Origin: Girardia tigrina
Taxonomy: Eukaryota
NCBI GenBank assembly: GCA_001938485.1
Contig: MQRK01235066.1
Coordinates: 1 to 64,000, forward strand
Reading direction: 5' to 3'
DNA length: 64,000 nt
Shown: positions 26,174 through 39,616 of the stretch, piece after piece
How the letters are laid out: each line of letters begins with the position of its first letter
Numbering within the stretch: the first letter of the stretch is position 1
Program-made: the position numbers and the translations under genes
Notes under the pieces: model-generated
Told to the model about the DNA's origin: nothing
The model's input: the letters and a program-made list of their open reading frames with translations, nothing else
Databases searched by the model: none

Positions 26174-27549
26174 CAGTGCGTTCAGAAAGTCACTGTGCAC
26201 CTTTCATTGTCTGGTTTATTTTTAGATAATCAGCGTTGTAGCAGACTTTTTAAATGCAAATTTCTATGAAATCGAACTGTGAAATAGATTCGTGAACAAA
26301 AAACATACCTACACACTTTGACCTTGACACTGAGCGTTTTAAATTTTTAAAAAAAATATAATTTTGATATTCAATCTAATCATTGACGAAAGTCAATTTA
26401 TTGGGAAGTTAATTCCAATTGAAAATGGTTTTGTCAACGGAGGAGAGAATATTTTTGATTGAACATGTCTTTCGTGCGAATGATGAATACACAGAAGCAG
26501 TGAATGAAAGATTTGCCGAAAAGTTTCCCGCAACAGCAATACCTCATCGAAATGCAGTTCGAGCGTTAGTGAACAAGTTCAGAGAAACTGGATCCGTTCA
26601 TGATGCCTCCCGCTCAGGTCGACCNNNNNNNNNNNNNNNNNNNNNNNNNNNNNNNNNNNNNNNNNNNNNNNNNNNNNNNNNNNNNNNNNNNNNNNNNNNN
26701 NNNNNNNNNNNNNNNNNNNNNNNNNNNNNNNNNNNNNNNNNNNNNNNNNNNNNNNNNNNNNNNNNNNNNNNNNNNNNNNNNNNNNNNNNNNNNNNNNNNN
26801 NNNNNNNNNNNNNNNNNNNNNNNNNNNNNNNNNNNNNNNNNNNNNNNNNNNNNNNNNNNNNNNNNNNNNNNNNNNNNNNNNNNNNNNNNNNNNNNNNNNN
26901 NNNNNNNNNNNNNNNNNNNNNNNNNNNNNNNNNNNNNNNNNNNNNNNNNNNNNNNNNNNNNNNNNNNNNNNNNNNNNNNNNNNNNNNNNNNNNNNNNNNN
27001 NNNNNNNNNNNNNNNNNNNNNNNNNNNNNNNNNNNNNNNNNNNNNNNNNNNNNNNNNNNNNNNNNNNNNNNNNNNNNNNNNNNNNNNNNNNNNNNNNNNN
27101 NNNNNNNNNNNNNNNNNNNNNNNNNNNNNNNNNNNNNNNNNNNNNNNNNNNNNNNNNNNNNNNNNNNNNNNNNNNNNNNNNNNNNNNNNNNNNNNNNNNN
27201 NNNNNNNNNNNNNNNNNNNNNNNNNNNNNNNNNNNNNNNNNNNNNNNNNNNNNNNNNNNNNNNNNNNNNNNNNNNNNNNNNNNNNNNNNNNNNNNNNNNN
27301 NNNNNNNNNNNNNNNNNNNNNNNNNNNNNNNNNNNNNNNNNNNNNNNNNNNNNNNNNNNNNNNNNNNNNNNNNNNNNNNNNNNNNNNNNNNNNNNNNNNN
27401 NNNNNNNNNNNNNNNNNNNNNNNNNNNNNNNNNNNNNTGTTCTTCACATAAAATTGACTATTCAAAATATTTTGTTATTGATTTTTAGAACACAGGATAT
27501 CGTTCTTGTTTTGAAATTGCAGGTGCACAGTTACTTTTTGAACGCACTG
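26174..27549 (+). mobile_element. Tc1/mariner-superfamily transposon (DUF4817-type N-terminal HTH), interior gapped
   Basis: ~29-bp TIR cagtgcgttcagaaagtcactgtgcacct, TA TSD; MVLSTEERIF..KFRETGSV.D..RSGRP. Confidence 0.92.
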
Positions 27550-28149
27550 TATCTCTTCCATTTTCACGTCTTTAATTGCTTTCGTTGGATTATATCAAGG
27601 GTTGAATGAGCTGAAAACTCATTATACTTAGTTTAAATCAAAGTAGAAGTAATTATATCCATCTTTTATCAATATCTATGAAAATTCTACTGAATGATAT
27701 CAACCCTGTAAAATTTTTTCCACAAAATTTCAAAGAACTAAAATTAAAATTTTCATTCATTTTATCGAAACCTACATACTTCATTTTGAAATTGAATACA
27801 ATGCTTTAATTGACAGTCATTAAAGTTTTATCTCAAAGTTATAGAATATTGTGATAGTTATCGAAGTCAATGTTTAGTAAAATTATTTTATGATTTGTTA
27901 CAATTTCGTTTATATTTCTAATTTGGACTTCTAATGTCAGAACATGTTCATATTTAAAGTTGTGGATTTATCAATAAAAGTCTTATCTTCGTATATATAA
28001 AATAAATCTTTGAAATAAAATTAATTTTTTATACAAATAATTCTTTATTTTGACTGTCCTTCAGAAAATAAAATTAAAAAAAATATATTGTGAATAAAAT
28101 TTAAATAAAATTGGCAAATCGTCAAATAATAAATGTTGAAGCAAATTAG

Positions 28150-29125
28150 AGTTGAGTAGGTAATTTTTACATTTATGGTGCAATTTATGTTAGGGATTGT
28201 GTAATCAATGCGTTTTCAATACATAATTAAAAAATCACAAAAAAATTTGTAGATAGTGACGTTTGAACGTTAATTTTAGGATCCAAATATTTATATGTAT
28301 GACGCTGTGAACTCAAATATCGTCTAAACATGATTAAAGGTCTTATATTTCGCTCATGGGCCCATTTCATCTACATATAAAAAATGTAATAACAGCCTTA
28401 ATAAATTAAAAAAAATATATGATAATGGATATTCTAAATCAACAGTGGAGAAACTAACACAAGAAACTAGTTCTAAATTAATTGACCAAAATAATACTGC
28501 TAAAATTACAAGATCAATCTTTGAATACTAATAATAAAAGTTTGGCAATAGAATATTTTCTAACTGTATCATATTCAGAGGGGTTTAAAATATTTAAAAA
28601 TTCTTTTTTGAGAGCTTTAGATTAAAAATAAGGTTAAGCTATAAGGTTAAAAATAATATCCCGTACCCAAAAAAATTGAAAGCATATTCTGTAATAAATC
28701 TGCAACGCCGATATGATTGTGTTCGGATCTCATTTACTAATATACATGTAATGGATGTAACGCTAAATACATTGGTGAGACGCCACATCATCTCTGTTAG
28801 AAAATCTAGGTGGAAGTATCACTGCTGGACATGGCAGACATTGTAAAGAAAAAAAACATTGTAAATTCAAAACATTTTAAAATTCTGTGCACTCAATTTC
28901 AGAATTATTGGTAGATTGACTTTTGAAGTATTATATATAAGAACTTTGGATCCTAAAATCAACGTTCAAACTACACCCTCTTCAACTTTATTAGGAGTTT
29001 TTAAATGATGTAACGATGGCGTTTTTTATTATATAATCACTAACTACACTATACATATGACTTTCGTTTAGAAAAATCATGTTTTCTGACTATGACAGTC
29101 AAACCGTAGAAATAAATAAACTTTA
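28150..29125 (+). mobile_element. Penelope-like retroelement 3' remnant (GIY-YIG endonuclease)
   Basis: YTCNGCNAKYIGET..; FKILCTQF; IRTLDPKINVQTTPSSTLL; homologous to 56285-56488. Confidence 0.8.
29081..29121 (+). ncRNA. Decayed minimal hammerhead-ribozyme motif
   Basis: gtttt-CTGACTA-t-gacagt-caa-accgta-GAAA-taaa-ta-aac, ~75 nt after the PLE stop; core G8 altered. Confidence 0.45.
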
Positions 29126-30206
29126 GTATGCTTCAAAATTTTTTTTATTAAATATATATCAATATATTCTAGTAGAGAATATTATATTTTTACTCGTCAC
29201 ATTAGGGTCTTCAATCCAGTTCTCACTTGGTCATTGTCGTCAAATGTCGTTCATAATTCAACTTGAAAATTATCTGTAGCGATAGTTAAAATAATAATTA
29301 TAACTCTATTTATCTATTGGTAAACAAGGATTGAGAAATACAATTTTGGTTTTATTTAGAACTATTTTATATCGTTTTAGATTAAACATTACATTTATTG
29401 AAATTAAAGAAAATCCAATTTTCTGCTATAATTTTTGATTTACATAATTTAAAATATTATTTTAACATGAAATTGAACAAAAAACCGTTTTAAAATATTG
29501 TATCAAGTAAAATATGAATCCCATAATTCTAATACGTGTCATAATATTAATATACGTGTTTTAATATTTATATTTGAAATATCTTTATAATTTTAAAATT
29601 ATCAAAAGACAGACTTTTTGGGATATTTTTTACCAAACTTCTATTCACAAAAACTAATATTATATATTTTTGTGGTTGTACAAAAGTATAAATAATGTTT
29701 GAAAAATGAAAATTATCATTCTTTCACATCAGTGCCTTCTTAACAATTAATGTGTTATTTTTTTGCACGCGTTAATGTGAAGCAAAACATGATAAACTAT
29801 TTGATAATGTAAAAGGAAAAATCATTTTTAAAACAATAATATTTTTTAGAAGGAAAAAATATTTAAAATTGAACCTAATATTTTTTAAACTTCTTGAAAG
29901 ACTTAACTTGTTCTTTGAGGATTGTGAAAATATCGATTTATACATTTGTGCTTTTCAATATATGAATACATATATATGAATAAAATACATAGGAATACAA
30001 ATAGATAATTCATATAATAAAATTCAAAATCCTTCACTGTGTAAATATGTAAAGACTCTTCTTATTTAACCTGGAAAGATTTTGAAAGTATTTTAATTTC
30101 TAATTTTATTTCTTAAAGTTTCAATTATATAAATAGTAATTAATGCTTCAATTTAACAAAGTTATTTTGATATAATTATTGAAATTAACTTTTTAATTAA
30201 TTTTAG

Positions 30207-30484
30207 AATATTGAAGAATCAAATAAAAATTCATCTCTTATCCATACATTTATTCTCAGTTCATCTCCTTTATGTAAAACCTTATGGCAAAATTGTGTTG
30301 ACTATCACATATTTTTTCGAGTCAAAGTTCCTCCTAATAATTCTCAAAATAAAAGTAATAGTAAACCGAAAGGAAGTCATTTTTTTGGTATTTCAATAAC
30401 ACCTGCATTTGGCGGGCGACGCACAATGCCAGCTATTGAAGACATTCAGAAACGATCTAGAACAACAGATAGAACATTTATCAG
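30207..30484 (+). CDS. PTPN3/4: PTPN3/4 exon (FERM-C end + FERM-adjacent): ...CKTLWQNCVDYHIFFRV...DRTFIR
   Basis: Matches CK.LWK.CVE.H.FFRL; AG/GT; open frame. Confidence 0.93.
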
Positions 30485-32101
30485 GTATAATGTTTTTGCA
30501 AGTTTTTTTTTGATATAATTATCTTATTCAATGAAACATGAAGAAAACTTAAATAATTTTGTAATAAAAATAGGTATCAGAAATTTTTTTGAATAATACT
30601 TTAAATAAATTATTTAAACAACCTATAGTTCAAAGATATAGTTCTATAGATGATTCCTCTTTTATACAGCGAAAATTATTTTTTTAACGTAAAGAAGCTG
30701 TTTCTCAAAGTTTAATGTCCAAAATTTTGAAAAATGAAATCTACTGGGATTTTCCGAAAATAAGCGCACCAAAATATAGGCTCACCTGCGCTTATTTTAA
30801 GATATTTTTGCCAAAAATAGGCGCATTACCCTCTATTTATATTAATAGAGTAGAACATCAGTTGTATGGTAGCCATACAATTATCTCCAGTAATTGGCAA
30901 TGGTGTAAAAACGGTGCTTTTGATGGTGATAGTTACATTCTGTTTATATAAATTGATTCCTCATTTCAAAATTAATAGTAATGATATTTCAATGATGGGT
31001 AATTATAACTTTTATCTCTTAAATACTTAAAAAAATCAAAAAGCAACTGCTCCCCACTTTTTGCTTTTTTGAGTTCTATATCGAAGTATACTTAAGGCAA
31101 TTAAAGTCGAGAATATTATCTTTTCATAAATCGTCTTTTCACAACTAAATAAAAATAATTTAAAAAGAATTATGCAAATAAGTAAAATGAATATAAATTA
31201 TGTAACTAAAAGTGAATATTAAAACTTAGTAGAGCTTGTAAATTTTCTAAAAAGAAAAGCTGATTAACAGACTAATAATTTAACGAAAAACGTGATTAAG
31301 TTATGTTAAATGTTGTTATTGTTAAGAGTGACTGAGTTGACAACCAACTTGCAGGGGGATTGAAGCAGGTTCTTCATTTTGATGTTACGTTACTTCTTGG
31401 AATCTTGGAAACATTTTTTGAAGAGTTTGAGACATTTTTAAATTCATGGAAATTCCAAAGGCGAAACAGGAAATTTTTGTCACATAACTATTTGACAGAG
31501 ACTTAAAGGACATGTATAGAGACAGTATAAAATAATGAAAATCACACGATTTTTCTTAACAACTTAATAATTTTTTATAGATATCCTCATCAATTTCAAG
31601 TTTCAAATAACATTTATTAAATTAATTTTTAATAAATTGTTTTTGATAAATTTATTATTATTTTACTTATAAAAGTTACTCAGAACGTTAATTAACAATA
31701 ATTTTATTGATTTTCTTTCATTAAATCCAAAGTAAATCTTGATAAATGATTTTATTTAGAATAGAAACAATAAATATTATTTATTAATTAGTTTATTATA
31801 TTATCAAAGTATAATAAAATATGTTTTTTACTCTAACCAATTAATAAAATATTTTAAATGGGTTTAAAAATCATTCATGAATTTGGAATTATTAAACAAT
31901 TTTTTACACAAAAATACTTTGCTAAAAATAAAATAAAATGGATTTAAAAGTCATTTGTATATTTGGAATTTTCTATGAAATTTAATGTTGAAAATATGAA
32001 TTATTATTAACTTCATTAAATACAACATTCTCTACTATTTGTACTTTTTTAAAATGATTTTTTTTTCACTGATTTACTTTATTTAAATGCATTATATTTA
32101 G

Positions 32102-32225
32102 AACTCCTACAACAAACAGAAAACAATATTTATCAAGAACTAATTCTAATAACCATTCAAATGTATTCCACAACTCCTTAGTCAGTCGCAGCTCGGGGAT
32201 TTTGTCCTCATTGAAAATAAATGAG
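32102..32225 (+). CDS. PTPN3/4: PTPN3/4 linker exon TPTTNRKQYLSRT...LKINE
   Basis: AG/GTAAC; open, phase-compatible; Ser/Asn-rich, no conserved motif. Confidence 0.75.
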
Positions 32226-32345
32226 GTAACTTTATTTGTCAGTGAATTATTTCATATTCCAGTTTCTTTAATTTCACAATAAAATCGTGACTAATAAATG
32301 ATTTTATTTTATTTATGTGATATAAATTTTATTTGCGATTTTTAG

Positions 32346-32703
32346 TCAAAAAAGAAGACTCAACTTCTTACGAAATTTAATTCATTCCAGGATCGATCTC
32401 AGTCTCAGTCTCAAAGCTCACTCGATTATAAACCAATAGCGGCTACATTTGACAGTGATAATAGTAGTATTGATGGAAATGAGACTCAAAATTATGAATA
32501 TAAAGATGATTACACAGACTCCGGTACATTCTTTTTATCGGACAATTTTCTCAACGATAGTCGCGATAAAGATCGGACATTTTCCTTTGAAAGAAATAGT
32601 TATAAGACTGGTTCCACATCTCCATTAAATTATCAATTTCACAAACGGTCGATGAATCTCAATAAAAAGTCCAGGTTTCATATATTAAACAAATCAATTG
32701 ATG
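32346..32703 (+). CDS. PTPN3/4: PTPN3/4 linker exon SKKKTQLLTKF...NKSID
   Basis: Open 358-nt frame; donor 32704 gives the phase 1 needed by the next exon (alternative donor 32675 would frameshift). Confidence 0.7.
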
Positions 32704-32746
32704 GTTATAATTTTTAATGAATAAATTAAAACTCACGGTAATTTAG

Positions 32747-32835
32747 AATCATCAACTGATACACCTGACAAAGTCATCAATTCAAACTCCAGCTCTGAAT
32801 CCATTTCTGAAATTAAGTTGTCATCAAAAATACTG
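32747..32835 (+). CDS. PTPN3/4: PTPN3/4 linker exon ESSTDTPDKVINSNSSSESISEIKLSSKIL
   Basis: AG/GTATG; open frame; phase 0 end fits PDZ exon. Confidence 0.72.
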
Positions 32836-33040
32836 GTATGTTATTATTTTTATAGGAATTCTTTTGACTTTAATGAATTTTGGTTGTAAACCTGTACCAG
32901 ATCTTGTATATCACTTATATAACGTATCAGTAGAGATTTATTCACCAAAGATTATGTCAACCATACTTTGTAGTTTTCAATTAAAAAGAATAATTTTTAA
33001 AAGTTGTTTTTTTATTTTATTAAAGAGCATTAAAAATAAT

Positions 33041-33597
33041 TATGGGGGGTTAATTAAAATTTCCATTTCGCCAAAATAATTTATTATTTTTTTTAATTTG
33101 AAAGTTTAAAAAAGTAAATATATACAAAAGTTTAAAATTAACATAAAGAAAATCCTTAAATCTAAATGCTTATTTAAAAATAAAAAATATGTTTATTTTA
33201 ATATGGTTATTAAATATTTTAAAATTAAAATAATTAGTTTTAGGATAAAATTTTGTAAAAATTTTTAGTTTTAATGTAAAAATATTTTATTAATTTAACG
33301 TTTTAAAATTTATTAAATTTTAAAAAATTGAATTAGAAGAAAATTTATAGATTAATTTTTGACGAAATAATTTAATTAACAAGAAATTTGTGTAATAAAG
33401 CAAAACGCAAGGCGGTTGCAGCAAGATTTATTTCGAAAACGAAAATTATCGTGACGAATCACCGATTCAAACAAATGAGATAAATATCTCTACAATTTGT
33501 TTAAGTCTGTGAATTATTGTCATTAATAAAAAATTTTGGTTTTGAATTATGAATATGGAATCTGATCGTAATGAAAGTGGCATGAACGCTACTTACA
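33041..33597 (+). mobile_element. Solo LTR of the 10245-13967 Gypsy family
   Basis: Same termini (tatggggggtt..ttcgccaaaataat; atgaaagtggcat.aacgctacttaca); TSD ATAAT/ATGAT. Confidence 0.85.
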
Positions 33598-35053
33598 ATG
33601 ATAATAATTAAACTATATTTGAATTTCCCACTCTGTTTAAATGGTATTGTGCCTTAGAAGGTTCAGTTATCTGCTAGATCCATCACAGATATAACGATTA
33701 CTCTTAGGTTGTTACGTGAAAATGCTCAACTGGATAGTTGTTTTCTTCCCCTGTAATATTTTGAATTACAAAATATTGTCATCTGTTTTGGTAGCCATTT
33801 CTATTGAATGTCCTTAAGTCTACGTATTTTACTGATATTAATATCGGTTCCTGGAAATTCTGCTATTGTTAGTTTATCACTTTGATGAGATTTGAAATTA
33901 CTGCTTTAAGTTTTGTAAACGCTTTTTATTGATTTATTTAATGTAATCTAAACGATAAGCCTTACTTGTTTCAGTAAGGATAAGGTTACTCTGATCTTTT
34001 TTGAATTGACGATCCAGGTCCTACTTCTAAGGAAAACGAAGCTTTCATATTGAACTAGACTATCGAAATAGAAAACATTAATACAAATTTGTAACTCCGA
34101 GATATTATCGCTATTAATATTAAAATGAGATAAACTTGAAATAATTTTATAAACTTCTAATAAAGTTAAAATCTTTTAATCACGTACTTCCCAACCAAAA
34201 TCGTTGATCTTTAATTGTATCACTTTTGAAGTTTGAGTACTGTCTCGTTATGGTTGAAGATAATCTTTTATTGGTCTAATAGACTTGGGTCTTAAACAAT
34301 ATATTTATGAAGAACATTGAGACAATTCTCATTTGAATTTTTATTACTACAACATCTAAAGTCATTACAACTCTCCGAAGATCTTTCATCATTTGACATC
34401 ACTCTAATTGGTTTCGTTATTTCTATTTTTAATCATGATTATTCGAACAATTTTTCTTAATCTTTTAAGAATACATAATTTTTAAAACTATTAATTAAAA
34501 ATAATAATTTAAATCACTTCTAAATAAAAACACAAAATTATAAAAATGATATCAAATTATTAAAATGACTTTAATTTAAATCTTATTAAATTTTTTTTAA
34601 TTTAATTAAATGCTTTTCTTTTCTTAAAACAAATATTAAACTTAATTTAAATTGTTAATTTAAAAAATAAAAATTTATTATTTTAATTATGTTCGAATAG
34701 TCAATCACTTTAAATTTTAAAAAAAATACCAATTTCCATCTGGGTTGGAAAATCACCATTCTAAGTTCAACATACTGCATCAATACATTCACACATTCAA
34801 ACAATTTAAAATATTCCTCACAATATTGTTGAATAACACTAATTTTTGAAAAAAATTCAGTGTTATTGACCTGATCGTTTTGGGGAATCTCAATGTATGA
34901 TTCTTTTAACATTCCATCGAATATTGAGCATGGCTTCTCTGGAATTCAATCAATGTGTTGGTTTTTACACCACAAATTTTCGAATTCCAAACCAATAATT
35001 TCTTCATTTTTGGATTCTCAATCATAATCCGAATGACTTCTCCCAGTAGACAT

Positions 35054-35550
35054 TGTAATGAATATTTAATGTGTTGATGTTTTTGTGCAGTGTTTGCATG
35101 TTAAAATGTTGTGTGTTGATTTGGGATTGTGCCTCTCCTAATCAGATGGACGATTAATATTTTAATTCTTATAATCTGAAAGTAATTTATTTAAATTTAG
35201 ACTTAATATTCAAATTTTTAATTTTTATTATTGTAACTTTTAAATAATTTTATTGAATTTATTTCTGTAAATTTTTAAATAATTAAAGTCAAATTAATGT
35301 TTAAAAATGATTATAAAAAGTATTTTTATTTTAGTCAATAAAATTTAAATTAAATAATTTAAATAAAATAATTTTCTTCAAGTTAGTTCAGAGTGTAAGG
35401 AGGATTAAACATTGAGTGATGGATTTGAGTGCCAGCGATAATAGTGATTGTCATTGAAATGATCAAACTTGTCAATGTAATAAATGTTCTATCAAATGTG
35501 TGAGTTCTCTTAACAGAGATATTCTTCAAAAACTCTTTGGTTCTTAACTA
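35054..35550 (+). repeat. TG-starting dispersed repeat copy with ORF start MDLSASDNSDC
   Basis: Inverted near-match to 6400-6879. Confidence 0.85.
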
Positions 35551-35906
35551 ACAAAGAATTACAGATTTGCATCGAAACTCACTCATTTTCTGTGATAGTT
35601 TATGTGGAATACAATTTCTTGATTATATATCTTGATGCAGGTGTAATCTCATAGCTTTATCGTTACACCTGAATGTCTTTGATTTATGTGGCTGATAGTC
35701 TCCAGTCACTCTTAATAATCATTATACTTATCGGCCGTTACCATTAACTAATTCTCAGTTCGTCTTCGGAACAATCGTTTCCTTCACAAACACTTTAAAA
35801 ACCTTTGAACAGTTCTTTCATCGATTTCTTAACCATAAACATTTTTGATATTTTTATTCTAGGTTTGACATTTTTTCGGTCAACTCATATCATACTGTGT
35901 ATAATA

Positions 35907-37206
35907 TTAGGTTGTTCGATATGAAACGGGTCAAACTTCACACCTTACATTTCAATCGCGTATAACTTAACTTTGAACTATCGTATGAAAATAAATAAGG
36001 TATTTCTTGACAGATANNNNNNNNNNNNNNNNNNNNNNNNNNNNNNNNNNNNNNNNNNNNNNNNNNNNNNNNNNNNNNNNNNNNNNNNNNNNNNNNNNNN
36101 NNNNNNNNNNNNNNNNNNNNNNNNNNNNNNNNNNNNNNNNNNNNNNNNNNNNNNNNNNNNNNNNNNNNNNNNNNNNNNNNNNNNNNNNNNNNNNNNNNNN
36201 NNNNNNNNNNNNNNNNNNNNNNNNNNNNNNNNNNNNNNNNNNNNNNNNNNNNNNNNNNNNNNNNNNNNNNNNNNNNNNNNNNNNNNNNNNNNNNNNNNNN
36301 NNNNNNNNNNNNNNNNNNNNNNNNNNNNNNNNNNNNNNNNNNNNNNNNNNNNNNNNNNNNNNNNNNNNNNNNNNNNNNNNNNNNNNNNNNNNNNNNNNNN
36401 NNNNNNNNNNNNNNNNNNNNNNNNNNNNNNNNNNNNNNNNNNNNNNNNNNNNNNNNNNNNNNNNNNNNNNNNNNNNNNNNNNNNNNNNNNNNNNNNNNNN
36501 NNNNNNNNNNNNNNNNNNNNNNNNNNNNNNNNNNNNNNNNNNNNNNNNNNNNNNNNNNNNNNNNNNNNNNNNNNNNNNNNNNNNNNNNNNNNNNNNNNNN
36601 NNNNNNNNNNNNNNNNNNNNNNNNNNNNNNNNNNNNNNNNNNNNNNNNNNNNNNNNNNNNNNNNNNNNNNNNNNNNNNNNNNNNNNNNNNNNNNNNNNNN
36701 NNNNNNNNNNNNNNNNNNNNNNNNNNNNNNNNNNNNNNNNNNNNNNNNNNNNNNNNNNNNNNNNNNNNNNNNNNNNNNNNNNNNNNNNNNNNNNNNNNNN
36801 NNNNNNNNNNNNNNNNNNNNNNNNNNNNNNNNNNNNNNNNNNNNNNNNNNNNNNNNNNNNNNNNNNNNNNNNNNNNNNNNNNNNNNNNNNNNNNNNNNNN
36901 NNTCGCCACCCACCATATTCACCGGATCTCGCACCCACGGACTACCACTTTTTCCAAAGCTTGGACAACTTCTTGTCGGGGAAAAATTTCACTTCTTCGA
37001 GGGCTGTGAAAACGGCCTTTCTAGAATTCATTGACTCTCGTGAATCAGTGTTTTATACTAAAGGGTTAAATGTGTTACCATTGAAATGGCAACAGTGTGT
37101 TGACAACATGGGGGGATATTTTGATTAAAAATAAAATGTTATTATTTAAAAAAAATCGATTTACATTTTACTTTAATTTTGACCCGTTTCATATCGAACA
37201 ACCTAA
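35907..37206 (+). mobile_element. mariner transposon, interior gapped
   Basis: TIR ttaggttgttcgatatgaaacgggtcaaa, TA TSD; HPPYSPDLAPTDYHFF...KWQQCVDNMGGYFD. Confidence 0.95.
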
Positions 37207-37371
37207 TATGATACTGATTTATTCTGTCTTCAGACATCGTTACTACAAAATAATCTAATTATAGACAAATACATTAACTTTAAAATTAAAATCAAGTTTA
37301 ATAAAAATAATTGAAAAAATATAAATATTTATATACAAGAATTTCAAATGAAATCAATTTTTATTTATTAG

Positions 37372-37728
37372 GATACATCTACGTCCACAGACAAACGAAC
37401 TCCATATTTTATTCGACTCGCCGGCGGTATAAATTTTCCCAAATCTAAATCTCCAATTTCATCTAATGGTATTATAAAAAAAGGAAATTTTGATCGCAGT
37501 AACAGTGCCGATAAATTTTATGATAATGATTTAATAATAAAACTGCGATGTGATCGTAACCGACGATTTGGATTTACAATCCGCTGCACATCAGATCGGG
37601 GATCTCCGATAATCATAAACAATATAGGTAAGAATACACCTGCTGATACGTGTTTCCCAAGGTTGAATGTTGGTGATCAATTGTTATCAATTAATAATGA
37701 AAGTGTTGATCAATTTAGTCAAGATGAG
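37372..37728 (+). CDS. PTPN3/4: PTPN3/4 exon, PDZ domain (RFGFTI...TPADTCFPRLNVGDQLLSIN)
   Basis: Family-diagnostic TPAD.C.PRLN.GDQ motif. Confidence 0.95.
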
Positions 37729-37770
37729 GTTAAAAAGTTATTTATCAATATTTGATTAATGTCAAAACAG

Positions 37771-37840
37771 GTTATATCAATGATAAAGAAGTGTGCTGAA
37801 TCGGCTTATGGAGATGTCACTCTCAAAGTGCGACCTACCA
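37771..37840 (+). CDS. PTPN3/4: PTPN3/4 exon, PDZ end VISMIKKCAESAYGDVTLKVRPT
   Basis: Matches V..FIK..CE...GEL.L.VRP; 42-nt intron upstream. Confidence 0.92.
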
Positions 37841-39431
37841 GTCAGTATTATTTTTATTTTCAAAAGTCTAATGATAATATTTTGTTCTTATATTTTTGTT
37901 TGATATATTAAATATTATTCTATCGTTTTAATCCAATTTATAATAAACATAATTGTGAAGCAAATGTTCTTTATTCCAAGTTCTTTAAATACTTTTTCGG
38001 TCACTGTTTTTTAATAAATATTTCATTTAAAGTGATTTTCAAAATATTTTCAAAAATTATATATTGCTCAAAGGAGCAACAGTATCGATAAAAATATACA
38101 ATTATAACCTATCTTCAAAAACACTTGTTACACTTCCAAATAACATGACCTTTAATAATATTTTCCAATATTGTAAAACGTTGTTCAATAATTATAATAT
38201 TTTGGTACACATGGTTTTAAACAATTACAATTATTGATGGGAGCTGTTAAGAACATTGAGACAATTTTCATTAGAATTTTTATTATTATGACATTTAGAG
38301 TCATTATGACTCAACGAAGGTTCAGAAAATTATTGTTAGTTGATGATCCGGGACTTTGGATAAATCTTCGTCCAACGGATCAACTGAAATGGATAACGAT
38401 AATTGTTGGTTCAGAAATTATTTGTGTGGTAGATAATCGGAGATATAAAATTATATCTATTATTTTTTTTAATTTTTGTAATTAACTACCGTGATTGTTT
38501 TAAACAACGATCATATAGATAATTAATATATTATTATTAATATAATTTGACTGCGATTATTCGCGAACAAAAAATATATATTTATAACTACATTATTGTA
38601 ACATGCAATCAATTATATTGTTTCAAACATTATTTCCTTATCAATCAAAGGTATTCTTATTGATGAAAGAACAGTTTGCTTTCCAGCAATTATTGATGAA
38701 AAATACTTGGAGAAGAGTCGTTTTTGATGGGAAATAATCATTTAAAGACTTAGAAAGAGACTTGTCTTAAATTTCAGAAAGGTGTATAAAAGTTGAAATA
38801 TTAAAATACGTTGATCTTTCATTTGTAGAATTTGGTACCGGTAGACTTTTGATTATTTTCTTAACTTAATATAATGGTGTCATTGACTTTCGGTAGAGAT
38901 CCTAAATATTTTTGAAACATCATAATTGAGACCTACGAAAATATAATGGAAGTTAATGTTAATCAATAGAAAGCGTTTGTTTGATGTGATAGTGATTTCA
39001 TAGATATGTTCACAGAAAGTAAATATTCAGATTTTCGTCGTCAAGGGTTTTTATGCTTCTTACAACATTATCACAGAAAATATCAACAAGAAATACAGTA
39101 GAATATTAACTGAATAGAAACATTAAAATAACATGTATAATTTTCCATAAAAAATTACTTGGTCCAAAAGTTCACCCATAAAATTATATATTGTTACTTG
39201 CCAAATATGATATTTAGTGAATAGAAATATTTATCGTTATTTAAGGAAGTTTTCAAAAATTCCTTTTATCATTTGAGAACTCATATTTCCTTTACAAACA
39301 AGTCGAATTTCTTCACTGATTATATCTACCAAGAATAACAATACCATTTCAAGGGGCATTAATTAAATTTAATTTCAACTGAGATAGTTGCTATGATTTA
39401 CTTAGGTTTTTAATAAATGTATTATTTGCAG

Positions 39432-39616
39432 ATTATATGGCCGAGTGTAATAATATTGATACTTCTGATTGGGACTTTTCTAACGGGGGATTGGACAATA
39501 AATCTTCTATCAATGCTAAACTGGATCATATGTCTCTCAATTCAGATCCGTTTCGGGAATCATTGAAGCTTTTGGAAATAGCGATAGAAAATGATGAGAT
39601 AATACAGCAATTTGAG
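39432..39616 (+). CDS. PTPN3/4: PTPN3/4 exon, PDZ-PTP linker ...FRESLKLLEIAIENDEIIQQFE
   Basis: Matches LRES..L...L....V..QFE; AG/GT; phases fit. Confidence 0.9.

Noticed and set aside
21034-37128. Long ORF-track entries full of X
   Set aside because: Artefacts of N gaps
35860-37240. Hammerhead split by the mariner (CTGAAGA and GAAA on the - strand either side)
   Set aside because: Stem II base does not pair; the flank resembles decayed coding repeat at 37960-38010
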